64,000 bases of DNA from Malacoraja senta (taxonomy: Eukaryota): the NCBI GenBank assembly GCA_038087875.1, contig CM075991.1, positions 6,014,001 through 6,078,000 on the forward strand, read 5' to 3'. The notes beneath the pieces are model-generated. The model was given only the letters and a program-made list of their open reading frames with translations, was not told the DNA's origin and ran no database searches. A program made the position numbers and the translations under genes. Shown here one piece after another: positions 13,101-25,400 of this stretch. The stretch's first letter is position 1; every line of letters starts with the position of its first letter.

Positions 13101-13405
13101 AGGAGGGAAGGGGTTGCACGAAGGACTTCAATTTGCAGTCGAAGCAAACCTGTGAGTCACACAGCACGGGCACAGGGACTTCATTGCACTGGGCCAGGCC
13201 GCATCTCTGGAGAACATCGACTTCTCAGGTTGGGTTTTTAATTATACATCATTGCTTCCCTGATCTGTTCCCCAGGTATTTCATGCCAGCTGGTTTCTCG
13301 AAAGATTGTGTGATAACCTTCGATTTTCATAGTTGTTCGTTTCGAGTCCATTTGAAGAAGGACCGCAAAGTCGAATGTGAAATAACGTCAGTTGTTGGGA
13401 AATGA
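10110..13405 (+). pseudogene. MSMB-like: MSMB-like copy C: exons 10110-10112, 10292-10376, 11678-11795, 13276-13405; ORF intact (111 aa) but exon-2 acceptor mutated
   Basis: MKHLLCIALLLLGAQLSESACFFQTQHTDDRGTCFDLNDGTYHQFGEDWLSSNCWFCVCAREGYKCCERYFMPAGFSKDCVITFDFHSCSFRVHLKKDRKVECEITSVVGK*, 10 mature Cys. The acceptor reads ccgcAT (10290-10291) versus ccgcAG in copy B. AATAAA at 13411 and 13502. Confidence 0.75.
12007..13014 (+). mobile_element. Young 5'-truncated CR1 LINE in intron 3 of copy C
   Basis: Uninterrupted RT C-terminus (YINDLDD..SKYADDTK..VRPILEYGVQFWSP), (GGTTATAT)n tail, GGGAT duplicated at 12002-12006 and 13015-13019. Empty site cccGGGATctgg is present in copy A. Confidence 0.95.
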
Positions 13406-14012
13406 GCTGGAATAAACAGACAGCTCCCTTCCAACGTGACAATCATCTATGGGGTAGAGGGGCCTTGACTCCAGAGAATAATGTAACGACTCTTGCATCA
13501 CAATAAACATGTACGGAACCTATTCTGCCGTCATCTTCTACTAGACATCGCTCTACTGCCTCTCGCTGCTCACCTGTCAGAGTCGTCCTGTATGCTGACC
13601 AACATACCCCGTCAACGCTACTCCCATTTGCCTGTGATGGCCCGTATCCCTCTAAATCCTTCGTAATCATGGACACGTCCAAATGTTATGTAATACCAGT
13701 TACTGATTGCCTGTACGGAGTTCTCAGAACTGAGTAGATTCCAGTAAGTACCAGTGAATTGTAAAATCTCAAATGCAACTCTTGAAGGCAAATCGTTGTA
13801 TATTTAGTTAGTATATTTGGATTTTCAGAAGGCATGTCACTAAATTCCACTTAAAAGGCTGATGCACAATAAGGACGGTGTATGGTATATTAAGAGAAGT
13901 GCGCTGACATGGAATAAATACTGTTTATCACATTAACAATGGAGATCGTTTCCAGGGTGGAATGGTGTGAGGTAGTGCATTCTCCCTAGGTAGGCCTAAA
14001 TAGCTGGAGTAA

Positions 14013-14255
14013 AGGGCCTGTCCCATTTGGGCGTCGTTTGCGTGTTACGCACCTGGCGCGCGAAGATTTTGTGAACCCCAAAATCCTGGAGGCCGCGCTC
14101 GACCGCGATCCCTGCCTACGTCACCACGCACAATGCGCGCGTAATGCACGTCATGCGTGCGTAATGCACATCATGTGCGCATCACGTGCGCCTCACGACG
14201 CGTAAATGACGTCACGTAAATGAAGCGCAAATGACGCCCAAGTGGGACAGGCCCT
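14013..14255. mobile_element. CpG-rich MITE, PIF/Harbinger-like; second copy 23044-23286, truncated relative near 55730-55987
   Basis: TIRs AGGGCCTGTCCCA(T/C)TTGGGCGTC; 3-bp flanks TAA/CAA; interrupts the repeat gctggagTAActcagc. Confidence 0.75.
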
Positions 14256-17199
14256 CAACTCAGCGGGACAAGTAACATCTCTGGAGAGAAAGAATGGGTG
14301 ACGTTTCGGGTCGAGACTCTTCTTCAGACCCGAAATGTCACCCATTCCTTCTCCCCAGGGATGCTGCCTGTCCCGCTGAGTTGCTTCTGCTTTATGTATC
14401 TATCTTCGGTTTAAACCAGCATCTGGAGTTCCTTCTTACGCATTGTGACAAGGAATGGTTCCAGGCCAGCAATTACTTACAGTGTATATAAATGATCCGG
14501 AGTAGGAGTGAAGGTGTAAGTATTCAGGTTTCCAGGAATAGATGGGAGGGCAAGTCACAATGAGGATGAGCCATTTGGCTGTGAAATATGTGCCCTTATA
14601 ATTGCCTGGTGGATCTGCATGTTTACTATAAATTAATTTTCTAGAAGGACATGTAAATCCCTTTATCCGTCAATATTTGCCAATCGCTCACCATCTGAAA
14701 TTTACGCCGCAGTTCCATCATTTTTTATGTAGTAGAGGATTACTTTTTGTGTTCTACATTGTACTTCATCTGCAACACAATCATTCTGCATTCTGTTGAT
14801 ATTTTCTGTTGATATTTTCATCAACAGGTTTGGATATTTTAATTTGGTTCCGACAGTCAATCGCTGTTTTCTTTCTCTCTCCTATTCAAGCTGCGAGCCC
14901 CCGTGTGGCACCATCTAATCTGCAGGATGCAATCCGGGCTGAATGTATTTGGGAAGATCATGATCTGTTTTTTTAAATTTGCGTTGTTGGCGTCTAAATA
15001 CCCCTGGCACTTCTTTCAAATCCGTAGAATTTATTAGTTTTTAGGTTCATTGACATATTTCATAGTTAAATTTTCATACAACCTACATTTCGTTCAATTT
15101 ACAATTTCTCGGGCACTCGAGTTCCCAAATGTGTTACCACGTTTCACAGAGACTCTTCTTTCTCACGCCCATTTCTTATTGAAATGATGGGTCAGAAGAC
15201 TTCGGCAGAATAAGTTTGGTGTATGTTTATTGTGAAGCAGACAGGGCATGAACGTGTCAAAGCTCCTGTATACCGTTTACATGCCGTCATCGCATCGGCA
15301 TCGTCTACCTCCTCTGGCAGCTGGTTTCATGTATCCACCGTCCTCTGTGAAAAGGTGGGCGCTCAGGTTCCTATTAGATTTTCCCGCCCTTTCCTTCAAC
15401 TTATCCCCTCTGGTTCTTGTTACAGCTGTCAGTTAACCACCCGGCCCGCAGTATTCTGGGTAAAATATTTTGTGCATTTATCCGTCCTAATCCCCTTATG
15501 ATTTCATACACCTCGGGCAATGTGCCTCTTGAAAACAGGTTCATCCTCTTCAACTACTGATCACATGACTGCTAGGAAAAGTGAAATTCTGTTTACTTCC
15601 TTGAGGTCTCTGACTTTGTGTTAGCATTTTCCATTGATTTTTCTGTGTCGGAAGGCCATTTGGGGTGAGTGTTGTGACAGATTTTGTTTTGGACCTCAGA
15701 CCCATTTCATTGCTATGGTGACTTATCCAGCAGTCGTTACCGGGAAACTGGGGTGTAGTCATTATTTTCAATATTGGGGTGTACAGCTGGTAATTAGTCC
15801 CTCTTTTCCGCACCAAAATAAAACGATCTCCCCCACCCCAAATAGTTAATGGGCGCAGAAACTGAGGGGGCACCACTGGGAGCCAGTGCGGAGACTGTGT
15901 GACTTGCCGACCTCAAAGTATCTGCTCACGGGGCAGTAGGGAGTTGGTAACCTTTCCAATCACAAAGATGCTCTGTTCCAGACTACTGGGGGAAACAGGT
16001 TACCTCAAACACCCACTGTAGTACCTGTTGGAGCGAGCTGCCAGAGGAGATAGTTGAGAAATGTACTACAACAACAATTAAAATAAACTTGGACAAGCAC
16101 ATGAACAGGAGAGGTTTAGCGGGATACGGGCTAAACGCGGGCAAATTGGCCGAGGTTAGATGGGACGGAGACACAAATGCTGCAGTTCTTAATCTTGCCT
16201 CTTAAACCTGCACTTACGTCACCTGGCACTTGGCACAGTGAAATAGCTTGAACAGTCGGCGTTGCTGGTCTGGATTCCGCTTCTTAGAAGCTAATATTAA
16301 ACTCAATTTGTCATGCTCCCTCGTGGCTCATCAATTTCCATTTAGTTTTGCGCAAACATAGACTTTGGACATGTTGTTTTGCTAAAGTCGTTGATATGGA
16401 CTATGAAGGGTTAATTCTTCAGCATCGATCTCTGGAGGCACGTGGAGTTACACCCTGACCGCAAGAGAAGCTCACATGTATTAATTTTCTTCGCTTTCTC
16501 TTTATTAACCCAGTCTCAGTCAACTGGTATATTATTCCTAATTCCCAGCACGTACCTACACATGTGGGGCAATATATAGCAGCCGATTGACCTCCCAACA
16601 TCCCACGTCATTGGGGGGGGGGGGGAAAGACAACGTTTTGGCAATAACTATGGATATGTTCAGATAACGTTTCGGGTAAGTACGCTTCTTCAGATAGGGA
16701 TGTGGGAGGCAACTGGAACGCTCGGAGTAAACTGAGAGAACGTGCAAACCCCACATAGATAACACCGTGATCAAGGTAAGTGGGGTTTTAGTGCCACAGC
16801 TGTGCCGAGGTGCCGCCTTTGTTATCGCTCTACTTTCACTATTTTCTGGTGTCCGTAGTAAGTGTCTACTGTAGGAGGCAGCCATGAGTTGCTGGTGGCC
16901 TAGAGTAAATGTTTAGTGTGGTGGACGTGGTGCTAGTTAAGCAAGTGAACTCACAGGAGAGAATCAACCCACCGGCGTTATCCTGTGGCCAAACACAGCC
17001 CGTCCAGACAGCGCCGCTGCCAGGAACATGAATCATAGTTTGTGTCCTAATTATCCTTGAGTTGGGCGCAACTTCTTCCAGGGATGAGAATGGGGACGCA
17101 ATGGCAGTGTTGGAACAGACCTCTTGGATTTGGGATATTTCTGGAGCCAGTTCAAGACAGGGCTGACCAAATAGACTTGAAGGAACACGAAATATATAG

Positions 17200-17686
17200 A
17201 TATAAAATGCTGGAGTAACTCAGCGGGCCAGGCAGCATCTCTGGAGAAAAGTAATAGGCGACGTTTCGAGCGAGACCCTTGTTCAAACTGAAAGTGAGAG
17301 GAAAGGGAATCGAGAGAAAAAGAAGGTACATAGAACTAATTATATGCAAAAAGCAACGATGGACAAGGAAAGGTGGAGCCCACAATGGTCCATTGATGGC
17401 TGTGGGGAAGGTGATAACGAGTGATACATATAGTGGAACTCGACCGGACGACAGTGAAAATAATACGACGAGTAATGTGGAGAAGGGAGGGGGATAGAAG
17501 GGGATGCAAGGGTTACTTGAAGTTAGAGACATCCATATTGCCGCTGGGTTGTAAGTTGTCCAAGCGAAATGTGAGGTGCTGTTCGTCCACTTAGCGTTTA
17601 GCCTCACTCTGACAATGGAGGAGGCCGAGGACAGAAAGGTCATTGTGGGAACGGGAGAGGGAGTTAAAGTGTTTCGCAACCGGGAG
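17200..17686 (-). mobile_element. Penelope-like element 3' fragment (GIY-YIG C-terminus plus pLTR); copy at about 26250-26730
   Basis: Minus strand reads LPVAKHFNSLSRSHNDLSVLGLLHCQSEAKR*VDEQHLTFRLDNLQPSG.., which resembles Penelope endonuclease ends. It runs into the abundant gctggagtaactcagc repeat. Confidence 0.8.
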
Positions 17687-20600
17687 AAGGAACACAACAT
17701 TTGCTGTGGTTTCCTCGTGAGTTTTACTGGGTCAGGACTAAAACCATCAAATACACTTCCAGGCAGGGACACGCTGGTGACCTCCATATACCGGTTGGTA
17801 ATTGCGATGTCACGTTTCCCCAGTCAGTGGTCTGGGACAGAACAGTTTTGTGATTGGAAAGTTTACCAGCTCCGCCCTGCCCTGTGAGCAGACAGTTCGA
17901 GCTCGGCAGGGCATCCAGCTCCCCCACTGGGCCCCAATGGAGCCACGTCAGTTCGGTTCAGTTTACTTTATTGCCACGTATACCGAGGTACAGTGAAAAG
18001 CTTGTGTTGCGTGCTAACCAGTCAGCAGAAAGACAATACATTATTACAATAGATCCATTTACAGTTTACAGATACATTTAGATTAGATGAGATTAGATTC
18101 AACTTTATTGTCTTCAAGAACAGTACAACGAAATGCAGTTTCGCATCTAACCAGGGTGCAAAGTAGTAAAGTGCAGATTAAGACAATATGTACAAAAAGT
18201 ATGTACTTGTCGGTGTATGTACATAGGCATATACATATATATACAGATAGTTGTTAAGGTGGAAAAGATTGACATGTGCTGTATTCTGGTGAATAAGAGC
18301 TTAACTATAAATTATATAAACTATAAATAATATTGATGAGAATGTGGGGGGGTTGGGGGGGGGCTAGCGCCGGGCCTGTGATTTCAGCAGGGTAATGGTG
18401 TTCCGGAAGAAGCTATTCCTTAGATTGCATGATAAGGGAATAACGTTTTAGTGCAAGGTGAAGCTAGCAAAGGCCGATCATGGATAGCTCGAGCGCCATC
18501 AAAGAGGTAGGTCGTAGTTCACCATTGCTCTCTGGCTGTGGTGGGGTGATTCAGTTGCCTGATAAGCAGCTGGTCCTGGACCCATGAACTGTGTGGGATG
18601 GGGGAGACCTTTTGCTTTTGGCGGGGAGAAGACGGACTAAATACCAGATGGACATCCCAATGTTGAAAATATGACTATATCCCAGCCTGTCTGTAACTTC
18701 TGTCAGTTATGTCACCACAGCAAAGAAATGTCTCCTACGTTTAAAAATAAGCTGTCACAACACTAACCCCACTCTCCTTCCCATGTCAGAAAAATTAATG
18801 GGAAACGATTGCAAAAAGTCAGCAACCTCAGGGCGGGTAAAGCGAATGTCAGTTTTTCTAGTAGTTAGGCGGTCCGGTGTCGAGAAATGTTAAATCCAAG
18901 ACCAGAATATATCTATTTAAACACGACCCTAACCGTCGTCTGGTGGTCGATCAGAGGGCTGCGAATTTGTGAAGAACTGGCACTCAGTGAAAGACTAAAA
19001 CGTTAAAGCGGAGAGAGAAAATTGTTTCAGTAAAAACTAAAAAGCGCAGCGGTGGAGTTGCTGCCTGACGGCGCCATAGACCCGGGTTCGATCCTCACTA
19101 CGGGTGCTGTCTGCATGGAGTTTCTACCTTCTCCCCATAACAGCTTGGGTTTTTTTTTATAGATAGATCTTACCTGACAACATTGCTGGACATTTTTGAG
19201 AATGTAACGAGCAGAGTTGACTCAGCAGAAGTAGTTTATTTATATTTTCAGAAGGCACATTTCTAGGTTCCGTGTAAAAGGCTGGTGCAGACGATGGATG
19301 GGGCACAGTTTTTTAGCAGAAGCGCATTGGCATGGATTAAAAATGTCTAAACACATTGACGATGGGGATGTTTTTTCTGGCTACAGATATGTAATTTGTG
19401 GAGAGTGTCATGGAAAGGTTCATTGCCCTCTCTCGAATCCAACAGTGAGACTCGGCCGACAGCAGACATTGAGCAGGGACATTATATCCATTGTGCTACG
19501 CGAAAGCTGGTCACCCTTGCCTCCCCGACTGCTCGTCGGTCGGGCAGGATACTGAGGGCAGTGCAGGTTGATGCCCCGACCAATCCCCAGCTTAAGGGGT
19601 ACTCCTCTGCCGCACTTCAGCTGAACCACCATACCTACTCCACGGATGGAGTGAAGGATCTCCTCAGAATTATGTGCAGCTGCCCCCCTAAACACTGGCC
19701 AATATTTGACCCTCAACTGCTGTTGATAGAACTGGTAATCGCAGGCTAATCACTGGGCTGTGTGGGATATATTCGAGATCCCAGTGGGTCAGAGTTCACA
19801 CTGTAACCAGGGGCAAAGTCGAATCCTTCGTGATAGACACAAAATCCTGGTTTAACTCAGCGGTTCAGGCAGCATCTCTGCAGAAAAGGAATAGATGACG
19901 GTTCGGGTCAAGACCCTTCTTCAGACCTGATCCGCTGACTCGCAGAGTCAGTCCACCATTTTGTGTCAATCTTCAGTGTAAACCGGAATCTGCAGTTTCT
20001 TCCGACACAATTATGGAGCGAGCTGCTTGAATGAGCTGTCCCTTGATTTATGGCTCCGCTCCAGTCCCACCATGCTAATCTTTGTGCACCCAGTGCGGAG
20101 GGAAGTGGGTAGATCAGCGGAGGATCTGGTTGGTTTGTTACTGGGCCTGGCCACGGCTCACGGCGCCAGGCAGACGAGGACTCGACCAGAGCCGACTGAC
20201 TGCACCTTTGGCGAGCTTAGGTCCGCGACTAGATGTCCCTTGGAAAAGATAAACACAGTGTCCACTAGCACCAGGGAGACGTTCCAGAAATGATGGGCGC
20301 CTCGAGGGACTGACTGTCTCCTGGTTCAGGATTGTAACATAGTAATTTAATAGTAGGTTGTGATCTTTTGACAGTGATGTTATAGCGGTGGGTGTTTTGG
20401 TATAATTCCATGCATAAATGCTTCTGTAAATAGCTGAATACGTTTCTTTTAATTTAAATATATATGGAGTGAGCGCTGGGTGTTGGGTCGGGCGCTGTTG
20501 TCGGAACCTGGGTGAAACGGGACCGTGCAGCCAAGTGCCAGCTCCGGGTCAGTACACGCGGGGACAGACGCTGGCTCTTCCCAATGGTCAGAATGGCTCA

Positions 20601-20707
20601 TTTCCAGGGTGCGTTTGTACTGAGTCAACACCAGTGCCCCGCCACCCGGTCGGGTCACTCCACTACCTGACGGGATAATGCCCACCCGGTGTCTTTGTCA
20701 CCAACAG

Positions 20708-22436
20708 ACAGGGGCACATGCTTTGACCTAAACGACGGAACGTATCATCAATTCGGAGAAGATTGGCTGAGCTCCAACTGCTGGTTTTGCGTGTGTGCGC
20801 GCGAAGGCTATAAATGCTGCGAACGGTAAGTAATCATCCGCCGTTTAGCTCACAGGATCTGACCCCGACTGCTGAACTGGCGTCGCAGGCTCAAGGGGGT
20901 ATCGCCGATGCCGTGGTGTAAGCCGTATGACTGGCGATGGGTTGGGAATTGACGGCAACGGTAGACGGAACGGCCCGGCCATCGGCTTTCTCCATCCCTG
21001 TACCAAACCCGATTCACGGGGAAGCTACGCCCGGGATTGTCATGTACATCAATGATCTGGATGATGGTGTGGAAAATTGGATTAGTAAGTATGCAGATGA
21101 TACTAAGATAGGTGGTGTTGTGGATAATGAAGTAGATTTTCAAAGTCTACAGAGAGATTTAGGCCATTTGGAAGAGTGGGCTGAAAGATGGCGGATGGAG
21201 TTTAATTCTAACAAATGTGAGGTGCTACATCTCGGCAGGACAAATCAAAATAGGACGTACACGGTAAATGGTAGCGAATTGAGGAATGCAGTTGAACAGA
21301 GGGATCTAGGAATAACTGTGCATAGTTCCCTGAAGGTGGAATCTCATGTAGATAGGGTGGTAAAGAAAGCTTTTGGTGTGCTGGCCTTTATAAATCAGAG
21401 CATTGAATATAGAAGTTGGGATGTAATGTTAAAATTGTACAAGGCATTGGTGAGGCCAATTCTGGAGTATGGAGTACAATTTTGGTCGCCTAATTATAGG
21501 AAGGATGTCAACAAAATAGAGAGAGTACAGAGGAGATTTATTAGAATGTTGCCTGGATTTCAGCAACTAAGTTACAGAGAAAGGTTGAACAAGTTAGGTC
21601 TTTATTCTTTGGAGCGCAGAAGGTTAAGAGGGGACTTGATAGAGGTCTTTAAAATTATGAGCGGGTTAGACAGAGTGGACGTGGATAAGCTTTTCCCATT
21701 GAGAGTAGGGAAGATTCAAACAAGGGGACATGACTTGAGAATTAAGGGACAGAAGTTTAGGGGGAACATTAGGGGGAACTTCTTTACTCAGAGAGTGGTA
21801 GCTGTGTGGAATGAGCTTCCAGTGGAAGTGGTGGAGGCAGGTTCGATGTTATCCTTTAAAACTAGATTGGATGGGTATATGGACGGAAAAGGAATGGAGG
21901 GTTATGGTCTGAGTGCAGGTAGATGGGACTAGGGGGAAGTATTTATTTTTAATTTAAAAAAAAGATTTAAATGTTCTGCACGGACTTGAACGGCCGAGAT
22001 GGCCTGTTTCCGTGCTGTTATGGTTATATGGTTATATGGTTATATGGGATCTGCTTTTGTGGGGATCAGTAGGGAAGGCTTGGCGGAGGGAGGGAATAAG
22101 GGAGTGAGGGAGTGAGGGAGGGAGGGGGAGAAGGAGGGAAGGGGTTGCACGAAGGACTTCAATTTGCAGTCGAAGCAAACCTGTGAGTCACACAGCACGG
22201 GCACAGGGACTTCATTGCACTGGGCCAGGCCGCATCTCTGGAGAACATCGACTTCTCAGGTTGGGTTTTTAATTATACATCATTGCTTCCCTGATCTGTT
22301 CCCCAGGTATTTCATGCCAGCTGGTTTCTCGAAAGATTGTGTGATAACCTTCGATTTTCATAGTTGTTCGTTTCGAGTCCATTTGAAGAAGGACCGCAAA
22401 GTCGAATGTGAAATAACGTCAGTTGTTGGGAAATGA
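20708..22436 (+). pseudogene. MSMB-like: MSMB-like partial copy D: exon 3 (20708-20825) and exon 4 (22307-22436); no promoter or exons 1-2 of its own
   Basis: Encodes the same peptide as exons 3-4 of copy C, with intact splice sites. The duplication starts 20 nt after the exon-2 donor of C. Confidence 0.8.
21038..22045 (+). mobile_element. CR1 LINE in intron 3 of copy D (duplicate of 12007-13014)
   Basis: ORF 20937-21932 differs from ORF 11906-12901 at one residue. Confidence 0.95.
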
Positions 22437-25400
22437 GCTGGAATAAACAGACAGCTCCCTTCCAACGTGACAATCATCTATGGGGTAGAGGGGCCTTGAC
22501 TCCAGAGAATAATGTAACGACTCTTGCATCACAATAAACATGTACGGAACCTATTCTGCCGTCATCTTCTACTAGACATCGCTCTACTGCCTCTCGCTGC
22601 TCACCTGTCAGAGTCGTCCTGTATGCTGACCAACATACCCCGTCAACGCTACTCCCATTTGCCTGTGATGGCCCGTATCCCTCTAAATCCTTCGTAATCA
22701 TGGACACGTCCAAATGTTATGTAATACCAGTTACTGATTGCCTGTACGGAGTTCTCAGAACTGAGTAAATTCCAGTAAGTACCAGTGAATTGTAAAATCT
22801 CAAATGCAACTCTTGAAGGCAAATCGTTGTATATTTAGTTAGTATATTTGGATTTTCAGAAGGCATGTCACTAAATTCCACTTAAAAGGCTGATGCACAA
22901 TAAGGACGGTGTATGGTATATTAAGAGAAGTGCGCTGACATGGAATAAATACTGTTTATCACATTAACAATGGAGATCGTTTCCAGGGTGGAATGGTGTG
23001 AGGTAGTGCATTCTCCCTAGGTAGGCCTAAATAGCTGGAGTAAAGGGCCTGTCCCATTTGGGCGTCGTTTGCGTGTTACGCACCTGGCGCGCGAAGATTT
23101 TGAAAACCCCAAAATCCTGGAGGCCGCGCTCGACCGCGATCCCTGCCTACGTCACCACGCACAATGCGCGCGTAATGGACGTCATGCGTGCGTAATGCAC
23201 GTCATGTGCGCATCACGTGCGCCTCACGACGCGTAAATGACGTCACGTAAATGACGCGCAAATGACGCCCAAGTGGGACAGGCCCTCAACTCAGCGGGAC
23301 AAGTAACATCTCTGGAGAGAAAGAATGGGTGACGTTTCGGGTCGAGACTCTTCTTCAGACCCGAAATGTCACCCATTCCTTCTCCCCAGGGATGCTGCCT
23401 GTCCCGCTGAGTTGCTTCTGCTTTATGTATCTATCTTCGGTTTAAACCAGCATCTGGAGTTCCTTCTTACGCATTGTGACAAGGAATGGTTCCAGGCCAG
23501 CAATTACTTACAGTGTATATAAATGATCCGGAGTAGGAGTGAAGGTGTAAGTATTCAGGTTTCCAGGAATAGATGGGAGGGCAAGTCACAATGAGGATGA
23601 GCCATTTGGCTGTGAAATATGTGCCCTTATAATTGCCTGGTGGATCTGCATGTTTACTATAAATTAATTTTCTAGAAGGACATGTAAATCCCTTTATCCG
23701 TCAATATTTGCCAATCGCTCACCATCTGAAATTTACGCCGCAGTTCCATCATTTTTTATGTAGTAGAGGATTACTTTTTGTGTTCTACATTGTACTTCAT
23801 CTGCAACACAATCATTCTGCATTCTGTTGATATTTTCTGTTGATATTTTCATCAACAGGTTTGGATATTTTAATTTGGTTCCGACAGTCAATCGCTGTTT
23901 TCTTTCTCTCTCCTATTCAAGCTGCGAGCCCCCGTGTGGCACCATCTAATCTGCAGGATGCAATCCGGGCTGAATGTATTTGGGAAGATCATGATCTGTT
24001 TTTTTTAATTTGCGTTGTTGGCGTCTAAATACCCCTGGCGCTTCTTTCAAATCCGTAGAATTTATTAATTTTTAGGTTCATTGACATATTTCATAGTTAA
24101 ATTTTCATACAACCTACATTTCGTTCAATTTACAATTTCTCGGGCACTCGAGTTCCCAAATGTGTTACCACGTTTCACAGAGACTCTTCTTTCTCACGCC
24201 CATTTCTTATTGAAATGATGGGTCAGAAGACTTCGGCAGAATAAGTTTGGTGTATGTTTATTGTGAAGCAGACAGGGCATGAACGTGTCAAAGCTCCTGT
24301 ATACCGTTTATATGCCGTCATCGCATCGGCATCGTCTACCTCCTCTGGCAGCTGGTTTCATGTATCCACCGTCCTCTGTGAAAAGGTGGGCGCTCAGGTT
24401 CCTATTAGATTTTCCCGCCCTTTCCTTCAACTTATCCCCTCTGGTTCTTGTTACAGCGGTCAGTTAACCACCCGGCCCGCAGTATTCTGGGTAAAATATT
24501 TTGTGCATTTATCCGTCCTAATCCCCTTATGATTTCATACACCTCGGGCAATGTGCCTCTTGAAAACAGGTTCATCCTCTTCAACTACTGATCACATGAC
24601 TGCTAGGAAAAGTGAAATTCTGTTTACTTCCTTGAGGTCTCTGACTTTGTGTTAGCATTTTCCATTGATTTTTCTGTGTCGGAAGGCCATTTGGGGTGAG
24701 TGTTGTGACAGATTTTGTTTTGGACCTCAGACCCATTTCATTGCTATGGTGACTTATCCAGCAGTCGTTACCGGGAGACTGGGGTGTAGTCATTATTTTC
24801 AATATTGGGGTGTACAGCTGGTAATTAGTCCCTCTTTTCCGCACCAAAATAAAACGATCTCCCCCACCCCAAATAGTTAATGGGCGCAGAAACTGAGGGG
24901 GCACCACTGGGAGCCAGTGCGGAGACTGTGTGACTTGCCGACCTCAAAGTATCTGCTCACGGGGTAGTAGGGAGTTGGTAACCTTTCCAATCACAAAGAT
25001 GCTCTGTTCCAGACTACTGGGGGAAACAGGTTACCTCAAACACCCACTGTAGTACCTGTTGGAGCGAGCTGCCAGAGGAGATAGTTGAGCAATGTACTAC
25101 AACAACAATTAAAATAAACTTGGACAAGCACATGAACAGGAGAGGTTTAGCGGGATACGGGCTAAACGCGGGCAAATTGGCCGAGGTTAGATGGGACGGA
25201 GACACAAATGCTGCAGTTCTTAATCTTGCCTCTTAAACCTGCACTTACGTCACCTGGCACTTGGCACAGTGAAATAGCTTGAACAGTCGGCGTTGCTGGT
25301 CTGGATTCCGCTTCTTAGAAGCTAATATTAAACTCAATTTGTCATGCTCCCTCGTGGCTCATCTATTTCCATTTAGTTTTGCGCCAACATAGACTTTGGA

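Noticed and set aside
19048..19150. tRNA gene (GGTTCGATCC B-box)
   Set aside because: It is the head of a multi-copy tRNA-derived SINE, with no complete cloverleaf.
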